64,000 nt of DNA, taken from positions 3,680,001-3,744,000 of the forward strand of contig CP051526.1 of NCBI GenBank assembly GCA_050916045.1. Direction: 5' to 3'. This document shows, piece by piece, positions 40,695 through 54,374 of this stretch. Position numbers and translations under genes: made by a program. This DNA comes from Tepidisphaera sp. (GTDB lineage Bacteria; Planctomycetota; Phycisphaerae; Phycisphaerales; UBA1924). The notes below the pieces were generated by a model that was not told where the DNA came from, made no database searches, and saw only the letters and a list, made by a program, of their open reading frames with translations. Within the stretch, counting starts at the first letter, position 1; each line of letters begins with the position of its first letter.

Positions 40695-42011
40695 TCACTT
40701 CCCGATCTTGAGGTCCTCGAGGTTGATCTCGGCCTTCTTCTCCGCCGCGGGCTGTTTCGCCGCATCCGCGGCCGGGATCGCGGGGGGCGCGATCGGTTTC
40801 TCGGGCGGGAAGTACGGAATGGCGCGGATGCCCTGCTTGCGGGCTTCGCTGACGATCACCTGCATGTACCGGAACTCGCCCCCGAGCATCTTGCCCGTGT
40901 CGGCTTCCAGATTCTTGGTCCCTGCGCCGAGCGCGCCCTCGAAGCTCTCAAACGACGCTTGGTCGAAGGTCTTCTCGTCGTCCAGCAGCGCCCGGAGCGC
41001 CTTGGTCTTCTCGAAGGTCCCCTTGTCCGCTTTGCCCAGAAGCGTCGTTTCCAGCCCCACCATGTGCTCCCGCCGCGGATCCGTGAAGAACCCGATGTAG
41101 CAGTGGTTCGGCGTCACGAACAGGAAGACCTCGATCCCGATCTTCCGCAGCGCCGAAGCGAGCAGCACGCTCCCGTCCACGCAGTTGGCCTGCTTCATCT
41201 CGATCGATTCATCAAGGAACCGGACGTGCTGGCTCGGCACGGTGTCGATCCGCGTCGAAACGCGGGTGATGTCGCTGTAGGTGATGCCGCGCTGCTGAAG
41301 CACGTTCCAGATCGCGTAGACCTGCTTGAAGACGGCATCCTCGGTCCCCTCCTGATACCCCGTGAAGTTCTCGACGATCCGGGTCTCCAGAGCGTCCCGC
41401 AGCAGGTGATCGATCCAGGGGTGATCCTCGTTCACGTACCCCGCGAACATGAACGCGAGATTGTGGATGGTCGCCTGATCCGTCCCCTCGATCGGCTCGA
41501 CGTGCAGGTACGGGCAGTCGTTGATCGTGTGGATCGTGCAGACGCGGACCTGCTCCTCTTCCTCTTCGTCGCCGAGTTTGACGGTGAAGACGACGTTCGT
41601 CGGGATCGCCTGGCGGACCTTGGCGAGCTCCTTGTACTTCCACTTGATGACCGGAGCGACGCCGTACGTCTCGCCCTGCTTCTCAAGGACGCCCTTGAAC
41701 GTGCTCGGCTCCATCACGTCGTCGCACCGGACCGTCACCCTGACCTTGGTGTTGTCGGCCGGAGCTTTCAGGGTGATGAAGACCCATCCGTCCGGATCGC
41801 CGAGCGTCTGGGCTTTGACCTTTTCCTCCTTCTCGCGTTCCTCGTCGGTCATCAAGTCGGTATCGATCTCAAGGGACTTGGCCGTCCCCATCGTGAGCAC
41901 CAGGGACGGATAGATCTGGTTGCCCGGATCGACGTGCGCCGTCCAAGCGGGCTCGGTGCATGGGATAAAGCTCGACGCGACGATCGCGAACGCGGGAAGG
42001 ATGGACCACAT
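40695..42011 (-). CDS. Exported protein with transglutaminase-like Cys-His motif
   Basis: ANCVDGSVLLASALRKIGI...PNHCYIG...GLETT, with an N-terminal signal-like segment. Confidence 0.7.
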   Translation of the reverse strand: MWSILPAFAIVASSFIPCTEPAWTAHVDPGNQIYPSLVLTMGTAKSLEIDTDLMTDEEREKEEKVKAQTLGDPDGWVFITLKAPADNTKVRVTVRCDDVMEPSTFKGVLEKQGETYGVAPVIKWKYKELAKVRQAIPTNVVFTVKLGDEEEEEQVRVCTIHTINDCPYLHVEPIEGTDQATIHNLAFMFAGYVNEDHPWIDHLLRDALETRIVENFTGYQEGTEDAVFKQVYAIWNVLQQRGITYSDITRVSTRIDTVPSQHVRFLDESIEMKQANCVDGSVLLASALRKIGIEVFLFVTPNHCYIGFFTDPRREHMVGLETTLLGKADKGTFEKTKALRALLDDEKTFDQASFESFEGALGAGTKNLEADTGKMLGGEFRYMQVIVSEARKQGIRAIPYFPPEKPIAPPAIPAADAAKQPAAEKKAEINLEDLKIGK

Positions 42012-42068
42012 GAATCGCTCTCCTCGAACAGTGAAAGAAGACGTCTCGCCGCAGGACCTTTGCCGGAC

Positions 42069-43658
42069 TCAGCCCCTCGGCCCCGCCGCACGGACCGCAT
42101 CGGGCAGGTCAAACGTCGCGTCGTTGTCGCGGAAGCCCTTGGCGAGCTTCTTCGCCTGCGTGTCATACGCCGCTCCGTCCTTCCACGTGTTCCGCGGGTT
42201 CAGCACCTCGCTCGGCACGCCGGGGACGCTCTGCGGGATGTGAAGCCCGAAGATCGGGTCGGTCGTCGTCGGCACGCTCTTGAGGGACCCGTTGAGCATG
42301 GCCGTGACCATCGCGCGGGTGTACGCGAGCTTGAACCGCGAGCCGGTTCCGTACGCCCCGCCCGTCCAGCCCGTGTTCAAGAGCCAAACGCTGCAGCCGT
42401 GCTCCTTGATCTTCGCCGCGAGCATCTCCGCGTAGACCTTTGGCGGCCGCGGCAGGAACGGAGCCCCGAAGCACGCCGAGAAGTTCGGCTGAGGCTCCGT
42501 GACGCCGGCTTCGGTCCCGGCCAGCTTGCTCGTGTACCCGTTCACGAAGTAGTACATCGCCTGCTCGGGCGTGAGCTTCGAGACCGGCGGGAGCACGCCG
42601 TACGCGTCCGCCGTCAGAAAGACGACGTTCTTGGGGTGGCCGCAGACCGACGGGATCGTCGCGTTGTCGATGAAGTCCACCGGATACGTGACGCGGGAGT
42701 TCTCCGCGATCTTCGACGAGTCGTAGTCCGGCACTCGCGTCTGGTCGTCGATCAGGACGTTCTCAAGCACGCTTCCGAACCGGATCGCGTTCCAGATCTC
42801 CGGCTCGCCCGCTTTCGAAAGCTTGATGCACTTGGCGTAGCACCCGCCCTCGAAATTGAACACGCCCGTGTCCGACCAGCCGTGCTCATCGTCACCGATC
42901 AGGGCCCGGTTCGGATCCGCCGAAAGCGTCGTCTTGCCCGTGCCCGACAGGCCGAAGAAGAGCGCCGCGTTCGTCCCGTCCTTGTCCGTGTTGCACGAGC
43001 AGTGCATCGGGAAGACGTTGACGTCCGGAAGGTCGTAGTTGAGCGCGTAGAAAATGCTCTTCTTCATCTCACCCGCGTACTCGGAGCCGAGGATGACGAC
43101 CGTCTTCTTCTCAAGGCTCTGGAGGATCGCGACCGGCCCGTTCACACCGAGGGCCTTCTGCTCATCCGGCGTCAGGCGGCGACGGCCGGCGTTCAGGATG
43201 GTCCAGTTCTTGCGGAACTCGGTCGCGCCCGCGGCCGAGCGGCTGCCGAGTTTGATGAACAGAGTGCTGGCGAAGAGAGCATGCCACGCCTGCTCGGCGA
43301 TCACCTCGACATGGACCCGCCGCTTGGGATCCGCCCCCGCGTACCCACGGAACCCGTACAGGTGGGGCCGGTTGTTGAGGTGGTCCACGGCGATGCCCAA
43401 AGCCTTGTCGAACGCGTCCGGCTTGACCGGCTGGTTGACCTTGCCCCACCAGATCTTGTCGTGAATCGCGGAGGTGTCCTCGAGAAACTTGTCCTTGGGG
43501 CTGCGGCCCGTCCGGTCTCCCGTCAGGCAGACCAGGGCCCCGTTGGAAGCCAGACGCCCCTCTCCGTTGGCCACCGCCCGCTCGATGAGTTCAGGGCTCG
43601 AAAGGTTCACGTGGAAGCGGTGGGCGGCGAGGTTCAGTCGATCGAGGTGGTTCGACAT
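42069..43658 (-). CDS. pckA: Phosphoenolpyruvate carboxykinase (ATP)
   Basis: Motifs TGRSPKDK, YAGEMKK, FFGLSGTGKTTLS, LIGDDEHGW, FNFEGGCYAK. Confidence 0.96.
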   Translation of the reverse strand: MSNHLDRLNLAAHRFHVNLSSPELIERAVANGEGRLASNGALVCLTGDRTGRSPKDKFLEDTSAIHDKIWWGKVNQPVKPDAFDKALGIAVDHLNNRPHLYGFRGYAGADPKRRVHVEVIAEQAWHALFASTLFIKLGSRSAAGATEFRKNWTILNAGRRRLTPDEQKALGVNGPVAILQSLEKKTVVILGSEYAGEMKKSIFYALNYDLPDVNVFPMHCSCNTDKDGTNAALFFGLSGTGKTTLSADPNRALIGDDEHGWSDTGVFNFEGGCYAKCIKLSKAGEPEIWNAIRFGSVLENVLIDDQTRVPDYDSSKIAENSRVTYPVDFIDNATIPSVCGHPKNVVFLTADAYGVLPPVSKLTPEQAMYYFVNGYTSKLAGTEAGVTEPQPNFSACFGAPFLPRPPKVYAEMLAAKIKEHGCSVWLLNTGWTGGAYGTGSRFKLAYTRAMVTAMLNGSLKSVPTTTDPIFGLHIPQSVPGVPSEVLNPRNTWKDGAAYDTQAKKLAKGFRDNDATFDLPDAVRAAGPRG

Positions 43659-43818
43659 ACGGATCTGTTCTCCGGAGTGGTGGAACCCCAAGCCTAGCCG
43701 AAAGACCTCGCCGAAACCAGCGGGAACGTTCCACGAGCGTTGCAGGGCGTCCGTGCGCACAAACACCCCCGCGCAGGGCACAACCCCGTAGCCATCAGAC
43801 CTGCAATCTTTGGAAAAG

Positions 43819-43890
43819 AGCCACCTCAGGGATTTGAACCCTGGACCTATGCTTTACGAAAGCATCGCTCTACCGCTGAGCTAAGGTGGC
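43819..43890 (-). tRNA. tRNA-Thr(CGT)
   Basis: GCCACCTTAGCTCAGCGGTAGAGCG-ATGCT-TTCGTAA-AGCAT-AGGTCCAGGGTTCAAATCCCTGAGGTGGCT. CCA is not encoded. Confidence 0.95.
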
Positions 43891-44014
43891 ACTCGCGGGC
43901 CCGGAAGCCCGTCAAGGGTGGAAGTATCGGCACGCCGGGGCCTGATGTCCACTCCACCGCCCCAATCTCAACCAGCACGCGTCGGGATGTGTTAGGGCAG
44001 CCCCGCCAAGCCCG

Positions 44015-45460
44015 TCACGTCGTTATGCGCCCGCTCCAGCCCTTCTCCTTCTGCTTCTCCCCCACCGTCGCCCCCGGCAGAACCACGGCCCGCCCCGAAT
44101 CACTCGCGATGGCCATCCGGGCCCCCGCCGAGCGAAGCTGCGCAAGCTGCCGCTTGCCGATCCGCACCCGGAGCGTCACCGTCTCATCGGTGTAATCCCG
44201 CTCGATCACCTCGCCCCGGTTCTCGATCACGTGCACCGTCCGGCTGTCTGCAAGCGGGATCGTGATTCGAAGCTCCTCGACATCCCCTTGCGCTGCCGCC
44301 CGCGCAAGCTGAATCAGCCGCTCGTGCCCGTCCGCGAACCGCGACGGCTTGCCCGGGTTCGCCAGGTCCTTCGCCGAGATGACGACCGAATCCGGCACCC
44401 TCTGCTGCCAGATCAAAAGCTCGCTGTTGTCCGGAAGGCGATCCGCCTTGTTGAGGAGCAACACCCGCGGCGGCGGCGTGTACCGCTGATTCAGCTTGTC
44501 CTCTCGCTCCTGCACCTCATTGATGAGCTCATCGAGCGTCGACGTCACCGTCCGGTACTGAAGCTCGGCCGCCGGATCCGACACGTCAAGCACGATGAGC
44601 AGCAGATCCGCGTGCGTCGCTTCCTCAAGAGTCGCCCGGAACGCCGCGATCAGGTTCGTCGGCAGATCCCGCACGAATCCGACCGTGTCCGACAGCATGA
44701 CGCCCAGCCCGCCGCCCAGGTCCCACTCCCGCGTACGCGTCATCAGCGTCGCGAACAGCCGGTCGTCCGCGTACGCACCGCCCGCGGTCAGAGCATTGAA
44801 AAGCGTGCTCTTGCCCGCGTTCGTGTACCCCACGATCCCCACGGTCGTGTGCTCAAGCTTGCGGTTCTGCACCTCGCGCCGCTTGCGATCCTGCACCACG
44901 GTGATCTCGCGTTCAAGATCGTTCTTCCGGGCCTGCACCAGCCGTCGGTCGATCTCAAGCTGCTGCTCACCCGGACCACGGCTCCCCACGCCGCCCGTGA
45001 TCCGCTCCAAGTGCGACCACATGGCTTTCAGGCGCGGATACGTGTACTCAAGCTGCGCGAGCTCGATCTGAAGCTTGGCTTCCGCCGATGTCGCGCGCGA
45101 TGCGAAGATGTCCAGGATCAGCTCCGATCGATCGAGCACCTTGCGGAGGGTGGCTTTCTCGATATTGCCGATCTGCTTGGGGCTCAGGCTCTGATCGAAA
45201 ATGATGGTCGTCGCGCCGACCTGGGCGCAGAAGGTCTTGAGCTCTTCCAGCTTGCCCGGTCCCATGAACGTCGCCGCCACGGGCCTCGGAAGGTTCTGCG
45301 CAAGCTCACCCGCCACGGTGCAGCCCGCCTGCTCCGCGAGCGCACGAAGCTCGCCGAACGGGTCGCGACGGTCGAAGTTGGAATCCGGAAGCCGAACCGC
45401 GGCGAGCACCACGCGTTCGGACTGTACTTTGAGTTCTGATCGTTCTTGTTGGATTGGCAT
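44015..45460 (-). CDS. hflX: Ribosome-splitting GTPase HflX
   Basis: Motifs LILDIFASRA, RGPGEQQLEIDRR, GYTNAGKST, LFATL, DTVGF, NKAD. Confidence 0.95.
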   Translation of the reverse strand: MPIQQERSELKVQSERVVLAAVRLPDSNFDRRDPFGELRALAEQAGCTVAGELAQNLPRPVAATFMGPGKLEELKTFCAQVGATTIIFDQSLSPKQIGNIEKATLRKVLDRSELILDIFASRATSAEAKLQIELAQLEYTYPRLKAMWSHLERITGGVGSRGPGEQQLEIDRRLVQARKNDLEREITVVQDRKRREVQNRKLEHTTVGIVGYTNAGKSTLFNALTAGGAYADDRLFATLMTRTREWDLGGGLGVMLSDTVGFVRDLPTNLIAAFRATLEEATHADLLLIVLDVSDPAAELQYRTVTSTLDELINEVQEREDKLNQRYTPPPRVLLLNKADRLPDNSELLIWQQRVPDSVVISAKDLANPGKPSRFADGHERLIQLARAAAQGDVEELRITIPLADSRTVHVIENRGEVIERDYTDETVTLRVRIGKRQLAQLRSAGARMAIASDSGRAVVLPGATVGEKQKEKGWSGRITT

Positions 45461-45783
45461 AAACGTGTTCCCGAGCTCAGAGCCCGGGTCCAGAGATGGA
45501 CTGTGTTGGAAGCGGAACCCCGCGACCGACGCGGGACGATGAAGCGGTTTGCCGACAACGGTCGCTCGCGATGAACGCGGACCGGCGGAAGCACATCAGA
45601 AAGCGATCAGAATCATGGTCAATGACTGTAGCAGCGGTCCGACGCCAGCGCCGTCCCCGCCCCGCCCGCCCGCTCCGCATCCCACCATTCCCCGAACCCC
45701 GGGGGTTCACCCCCCGGAGGAACCAAAAGATGCCGCACGCCGGGATGCCTCCTAGCATTGCCCCCAGTCCCAAAGGCTGAGAT

Positions 45784-45857
45784 GGTGGCCATAGCTCAGT
45801 TGGTAGAGCGCGAGGTTGTGATCCTCGATGTCGCGGGTTCGAGTCCCGTTGGTCACC
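45784..45857 (+). tRNA. tRNA-His(GTG) with encoded G-1
   Basis: GGTGGCCATAGCTCAGTTGGTAGAGCG-CGAGG-TTGTGAT-CCTCG-ATGTCGCGGGTTCGAGTCCCGTTGGTCACC. Confidence 0.95.
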
Positions 45858-45881
45858 CTTCCCCCGAAAATGCAGGATCCT

Positions 45882-47027
45882 CTACGGGCGAGCTTTCTCG
45901 CACGCGACCTGCAATGCGCGAATCGCCGGAAGCGAATCCGGCACGCTCTTGGTCGCCTGCAGGGATGCCGCCGCCGCCTGAGCAAGCTTGCCGATCCCGT
46001 CGTACCCGTAGTTCCCGGCGCTGCCCGCGACCTGAAGCACCACGGCACGGGTCGCTTCGGAATCGCCCCGCTCGGTGCACTTGCCAAGCCGCGACGCGTA
46101 GTCCTTCAACTGATCGACGTACCCATCGACGAGCGCCCGGTTGGGATGGTCCGACGGAAGGGAACTGCCCGACTGACGCCCCGACGCTTCCTTGCCCATG
46201 AACTCCGCGATGGCACGGAGCAGGACCTCCTGACGGAACGGCTTGGCGAGGAACGCCCCGATCCGAAGATCCGCGGGGTTGATCCGCTTGATCGCCGTCG
46301 TATCCGCCGTCACCGCGATCACCGGAAGCTCGATCCCGGCTTCGCGGAGCGTCGCGATGAACCCGCCCTCCTTCGTTCCGGGAGCTCCGAAATCCGCCAC
46401 CACCAGATCGCATCCCTCTTCCACCATCGCCATGCCTTCCTTGGCATCCGATGCCGTGCGAAGCCGCAAGCTCGTCCCCCGCAGATAGTGCGTGATCAGC
46501 TTGCGCTCGGCCTGCGACTCGTCCACGTACACGATCGTGCCCTTGAGCTGCTCGGGATCGACCTTCTCGATCGAGAAGTTGCCCGTGAACGGATCAAGCG
46601 ACACGTACTCGCGAGCCTGGACCTTCTGCGCAAACTTGATCCCAAGCTCGTGCACCACGCCCTTGAGGTGGATGCACCGAACGATCGTTCCCTCGACGTT
46701 CAGCGGTTCCTTCTCAGGGTGCGTGAGCTGCACCACCGCCCGCGTTCCCACGTGCGTGTAGCAGTTGTGAAGCACGCTCATCCCGCCGCACGAGAGGTTC
46801 CGGCACGCCATCTTGAGCGGGATCGGATTGCCGCCCCCGGGCTGGTGAAGCGTCACAAGCACCGCTTCCTTTCGGAAGCCCCACCGCACGAACTCCCGGG
46901 CAGCGTTCGCGCCCTTGCCCGCTGCTTTGTCGACCATGTCCAGAAGCTCCGTCAACGCCTCCTGCTTGAGGCCGACGGTGTTCGGGCGGGTCTCGACGTT
47001 GCTGGACTTGCGGGCTGGGGAACTCAT
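45882..47027 (-). CDS. PilZ + receiver + Hpt-like signalling protein
   Basis: PilZ motifs REFVR...NLSCGG...GIKF; receiver motifs IVYVDES, DLVVAD, AVTA, FLAKPF; C-terminal helical domain with LQVAGSAGNYG. Confidence 0.8.
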   Translation of the reverse strand: MSSPARKSSNVETRPNTVGLKQEALTELLDMVDKAAGKGANAAREFVRWGFRKEAVLVTLHQPGGGNPIPLKMACRNLSCGGMSVLHNCYTHVGTRAVVQLTHPEKEPLNVEGTIVRCIHLKGVVHELGIKFAQKVQAREYVSLDPFTGNFSIEKVDPEQLKGTIVYVDESQAERKLITHYLRGTSLRLRTASDAKEGMAMVEEGCDLVVADFGAPGTKEGGFIATLREAGIELPVIAVTADTTAIKRINPADLRIGAFLAKPFRQEVLLRAIAEFMGKEASGRQSGSSLPSDHPNRALVDGYVDQLKDYASRLGKCTERGDSEATRAVVLQVAGSAGNYGYDGIGKLAQAAAASLQATKSVPDSLPAIRALQVACEKARP

Positions 47028-47194
47028 GACTCTCCTCGGTCGGAACGGTCGTCCGTACCAAGGATCGGCCCAAAGCCCCCGAAGAAGGAGTCTCGCGCGG
47101 CCCAACCGCCAACTCTGCCGCCGAGCGTGCGGGTCGTGATGGTCGAATCAGCGCGGTGCAGGCACGCCCGAGAACATCCGGGCCCGCGGCCCCG

Positions 47195-50101
<2,907 letters not shown>

Positions 50102-50335
50102 TCATAGCACACAGCGGCCTTCTTCGCTTGGCGAGAGCACCCAAAAACGCCCGCGAAATCAGCCTGTTTTCAGCTATTTTCACCCGGCCTCCAAGACCCC
50201 GGGGACAACCCTCGTTCCGGCACGATCCTGGGTCGCTTTTCGGGGTCGCTTTCAAGCCTTTCTTCACGCCGGTGAAGGATGCTTCACCGACACCCCGCCG
50301 GATCCCCCGCGCCCGGGACGCGTACAACATCCCGC

Positions 50336-51364
50336 ATGCCCGCGTCTTCCTCGCAGAGAACTCGGCTTGGCCTCAACCGGCTGCGATGGTCCGCGATCGC
50401 CTGCGCCCTCGTCACCTGCAACGCGCTGGTCGGCTGCGGCTCACCCGGAACATCGGCCGCGGATGAATCGGCTCCTTCCGATCTCGTCGGCGCCAAGCTT
50501 CGCTTGATGATGATCTCCGAGCCGCCAGGACAGCGCACATTCCTGTCCACACGCCTCGGCTCCGTCCTCGGGGGCTTCGCCCGAGGGACCCAGGACGCGA
50601 CGACCTCCGACGACTGGGCCCGCACCCGCGAGCGTTTGCGGCTGGCGGGGCTCCGCGCGGTCGTGGTGCCCCGGGCCGAACTCGAGAACCTCGAGCGGGC
50701 GCTCGACGCCCAACCCGCCGGCGCGGAGCTCTCGCTCTCGCAATCCCCGCGATGGACGCCTGTTGCCGTCGGGTCCCCGCTTCCCGAGCCGGGCGTGGTC
50801 CGGGTTCACGACGGGTTGCTTTCGCTCCCGGGCGGCCGGCTTCGCCTCCTGCTCCGCTGCTATGCCGCGCCTTGGGGCGAAGCGGCGGACGGGGTGGTTC
50901 CCGCCGCGCTCCGCGTCGACCTCGTCCCTCAGCACGAAACAACCGAGCGCCCGCGGTCGGACTTCGCCGCCGCGCTCGAAGGCCCGCGTGTGCGCACGGT
51001 CGAGGATTCCGGCCAGATCCTGACCAGCCTCGCGTTCGAGACCCTGCTCGGGCCCGGCGAGGTGCTCCTCATCATCCCCGAGATCCCCGCGGCCGAATGG
51101 CGCGGGACCCTGGCCGACGGGTCCGAGGCGCCGCCCGACGACCGCGCTGGCGATGCCGGCCCCATCCCCCTCGACCAGCCCGCGCCGCCCGTCCCTCCGG
51201 ACCGGCTTGAATTTGGCGCTGGCCCCAAACCGCCCCGTCCGAAAACCGTCGGCGAGTGGATCCTGACCGACGCTTCAGACCTTTCGGACGCGTCCCGGCG
51301 TCTCATTCTCGTGATCGATCCGATTCTCCCGGCGGAGTTCAGGCTTCTGGCGCCCGCCCGGTGA
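50336..51364 (+). CDS. Hypothetical lipoprotein
   Basis: Lipobox-like LVGC after a basic N-region and a hydrophobic stretch. Start trimmed to MPASSS. Confidence 0.65.
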   Translation: MPASSSQRTRLGLNRLRWSAIACALVTCNALVGCGSPGTSAADESAPSDLVGAKLRLMMISEPPGQRTFLSTRLGSVLGGFARGTQDATTSDDWARTRERLRLAGLRAVVVPRAELENLERALDAQPAGAELSLSQSPRWTPVAVGSPLPEPGVVRVHDGLLSLPGGRLRLLLRCYAAPWGEAADGVVPAALRVDLVPQHETTERPRSDFAAALEGPRVRTVEDSGQILTSLAFETLLGPGEVLLIIPEIPAAEWRGTLADGSEAPPDDRAGDAGPIPLDQPAPPVPPDRLEFGAGPKPPRPKTVGEWILTDASDLSDASRRLILVIDPILPAEFRLLAPAR

Positions 51365-51406
51365 TCCAAGCCGAGGGTCGCGGCCCGACGGGCCGATACG
51401 CTCGCC

Positions 51407-52645
51407 GTGCTTCGCGTGCCCATCTCACTCACGGTCCCCGGCATGGTCATGGCCGCGCCCCTTCCGCACCCGCGTCGGCCGGGGACGATCCTGCTCCGTG
51501 CCGGTTTTGAGCTTCAGGACGGCACGATCGGCCGGCTTGAGGAGCTCGGCGTGCGGCACCTGTGGATCCGGTATCCGGGATTGTCGGACCTCTCGCGGTT
51601 CGTGGATCCTCGGATCGAGCGCACGGCGGCGGCGTTGGCCGACACGCTCGAACGGGCGACGGACGCGGTGGTGCAGGACCGGCACGCGCGGCTGGACTAC
51701 GCGGCGTTCCGCGATGCGGCTTCGGCGATGCTCGCGGCCCTCGCGGGCAACCCCGCCGCGGCGTTCCTGCTCGATGAACTGGGCCCGGGGACGTACGAAG
51801 CCCGGCACGCCTCCAACGTCTGCATGACGAGCCTCCTGCTCGGGCTTCGGCTGATCCCCTACGTGGTGCATGAGCGGGCCCGACTGCACCCGACGGTCGC
51901 TCGCGACATCACCGATCTGGGCGTGGGCGCGATGCTCCACGACATCGGCATGCTCCAGCTTCCGCGCGAGGTCCGCGACCGGTTCGCCCAGACGGGAGAC
52001 GAAGCCGACCCGGAGTTCCGCAAGCACACCGAGCTTGGGTTCGCGGTGGTCAAGGACTGGGTCAGCCCGGCTTCCGCTTCGATCGTCCTCAACCACCACC
52101 AGCGGTTCGACGGGAGCGGATTCCCCGGACGAAAGTCGATGACCGGCGACCTGCCCCCGCCCAAGGGCCGGCAGATCCACGTCTTCCACCGGATCGTCGC
52201 CGGAGCCGACCTCCTCGATCGCCTCCGGTATCCGCCGGGCGGCGACTGCGAAGCGTTCCTCCCGACCGTGCGGGCACTGTCGTCGCTGCGACAAGCCCCG
52301 CTCCGCGAGCGGCTTGACCCGCTGATCCTCGCGGCGATCTTCCACTGCGTCCCCGCCTTCGCGCCCGGCACCATGATCACGCTCAGCGATGGTGGGCAAG
52401 CGGCCGTCGTCGACTGGCACCCGATGAACCCGTGCAGGCCGACGGTGCAGCGAATCGAAACCCTCGACCCCGCCGACGCGGACGAAGAGGAACGCATCGA
52501 CCTCCGCAACGCACCGGACCTCTCGATCGCGCTGGTTGGCGAGACGGACGTCCGAGCGGACATCTTCGAGCCCGAGCCTGATGAACTGAGCCTGTCCAAG
52601 CACCTTAAACGCCTCGAGAACCGGGCGGATGACCTCGCGGCTTAG
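51407..52645 (+). CDS. HD-GYP domain protein (c-di-GMP phosphodiesterase-like)
   Basis: N-terminal LTVPGMVMA..ILLRAG, then HASNV, LHDIG, HTELG, NHHQRFDGSGFP, RIVAGAD. Confidence 0.85.
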   Translation: MLRVPISLTVPGMVMAAPLPHPRRPGTILLRAGFELQDGTIGRLEELGVRHLWIRYPGLSDLSRFVDPRIERTAAALADTLERATDAVVQDRHARLDYAAFRDAASAMLAALAGNPAAAFLLDELGPGTYEARHASNVCMTSLLLGLRLIPYVVHERARLHPTVARDITDLGVGAMLHDIGMLQLPREVRDRFAQTGDEADPEFRKHTELGFAVVKDWVSPASASIVLNHHQRFDGSGFPGRKSMTGDLPPPKGRQIHVFHRIVAGADLLDRLRYPPGGDCEAFLPTVRALSSLRQAPLRERLDPLILAAIFHCVPAFAPGTMITLSDGGQAAVVDWHPMNPCRPTVQRIETLDPADADEEERIDLRNAPDLSIALVGETDVRADIFEPEPDELSLSKHLKRLENRADDLAA

Positions 52646-53017
52646 AACGCAAGGGTGATGACCAGCGCAACCGCGGCGAAGCAGAGGTGAAACCCGCTCG
52701 CGATGACCACGCTCGCCATCCACGGCACGCGCATCAGAACGTGCACCACCACGGCGATGAGCGACACCGCCATCGCAAACGAAACACCCCAGTGATACAC
52801 CCCGAACACGCCGAAGTACTTCATCGCGAGCGGCACTCCCACCAGTGACGCAACCGAAATGGTCGTCGAAAGAAGCGAAGCCAGCGTGCGGCGGACTTCA
52901 GACGCCTGTGGCGCGAGCATCTCGCAAAGCCCGCCGAGGATGAGATCGCCCACCCAAGCGATCACCTGAGCGATCTTCACAGCAACGTCCGCGATAAACT
53001 CGGCGATCGCCGACACG

Positions 53018-53037
<20 letters not shown>
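52642..53037 (-). CDS. Small integral membrane protein
   Basis: Three to four hydrophobic segments; lies directly downstream of the cystathionine lyase gene. Confidence 0.5.
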
Positions 53038-54253
<1,216 letters not shown>

Positions 54254-54374
54254 GTCCGAAGAATAGCAGACCCCGCCTGGGATGAGACGTTACAGTGCCG
54301 GCACCGGCACCCGCTCAACGGATGGCGAATCATGCCGCCGTCGTGTTGCACCATCTCACCGGGACACGTGCACT

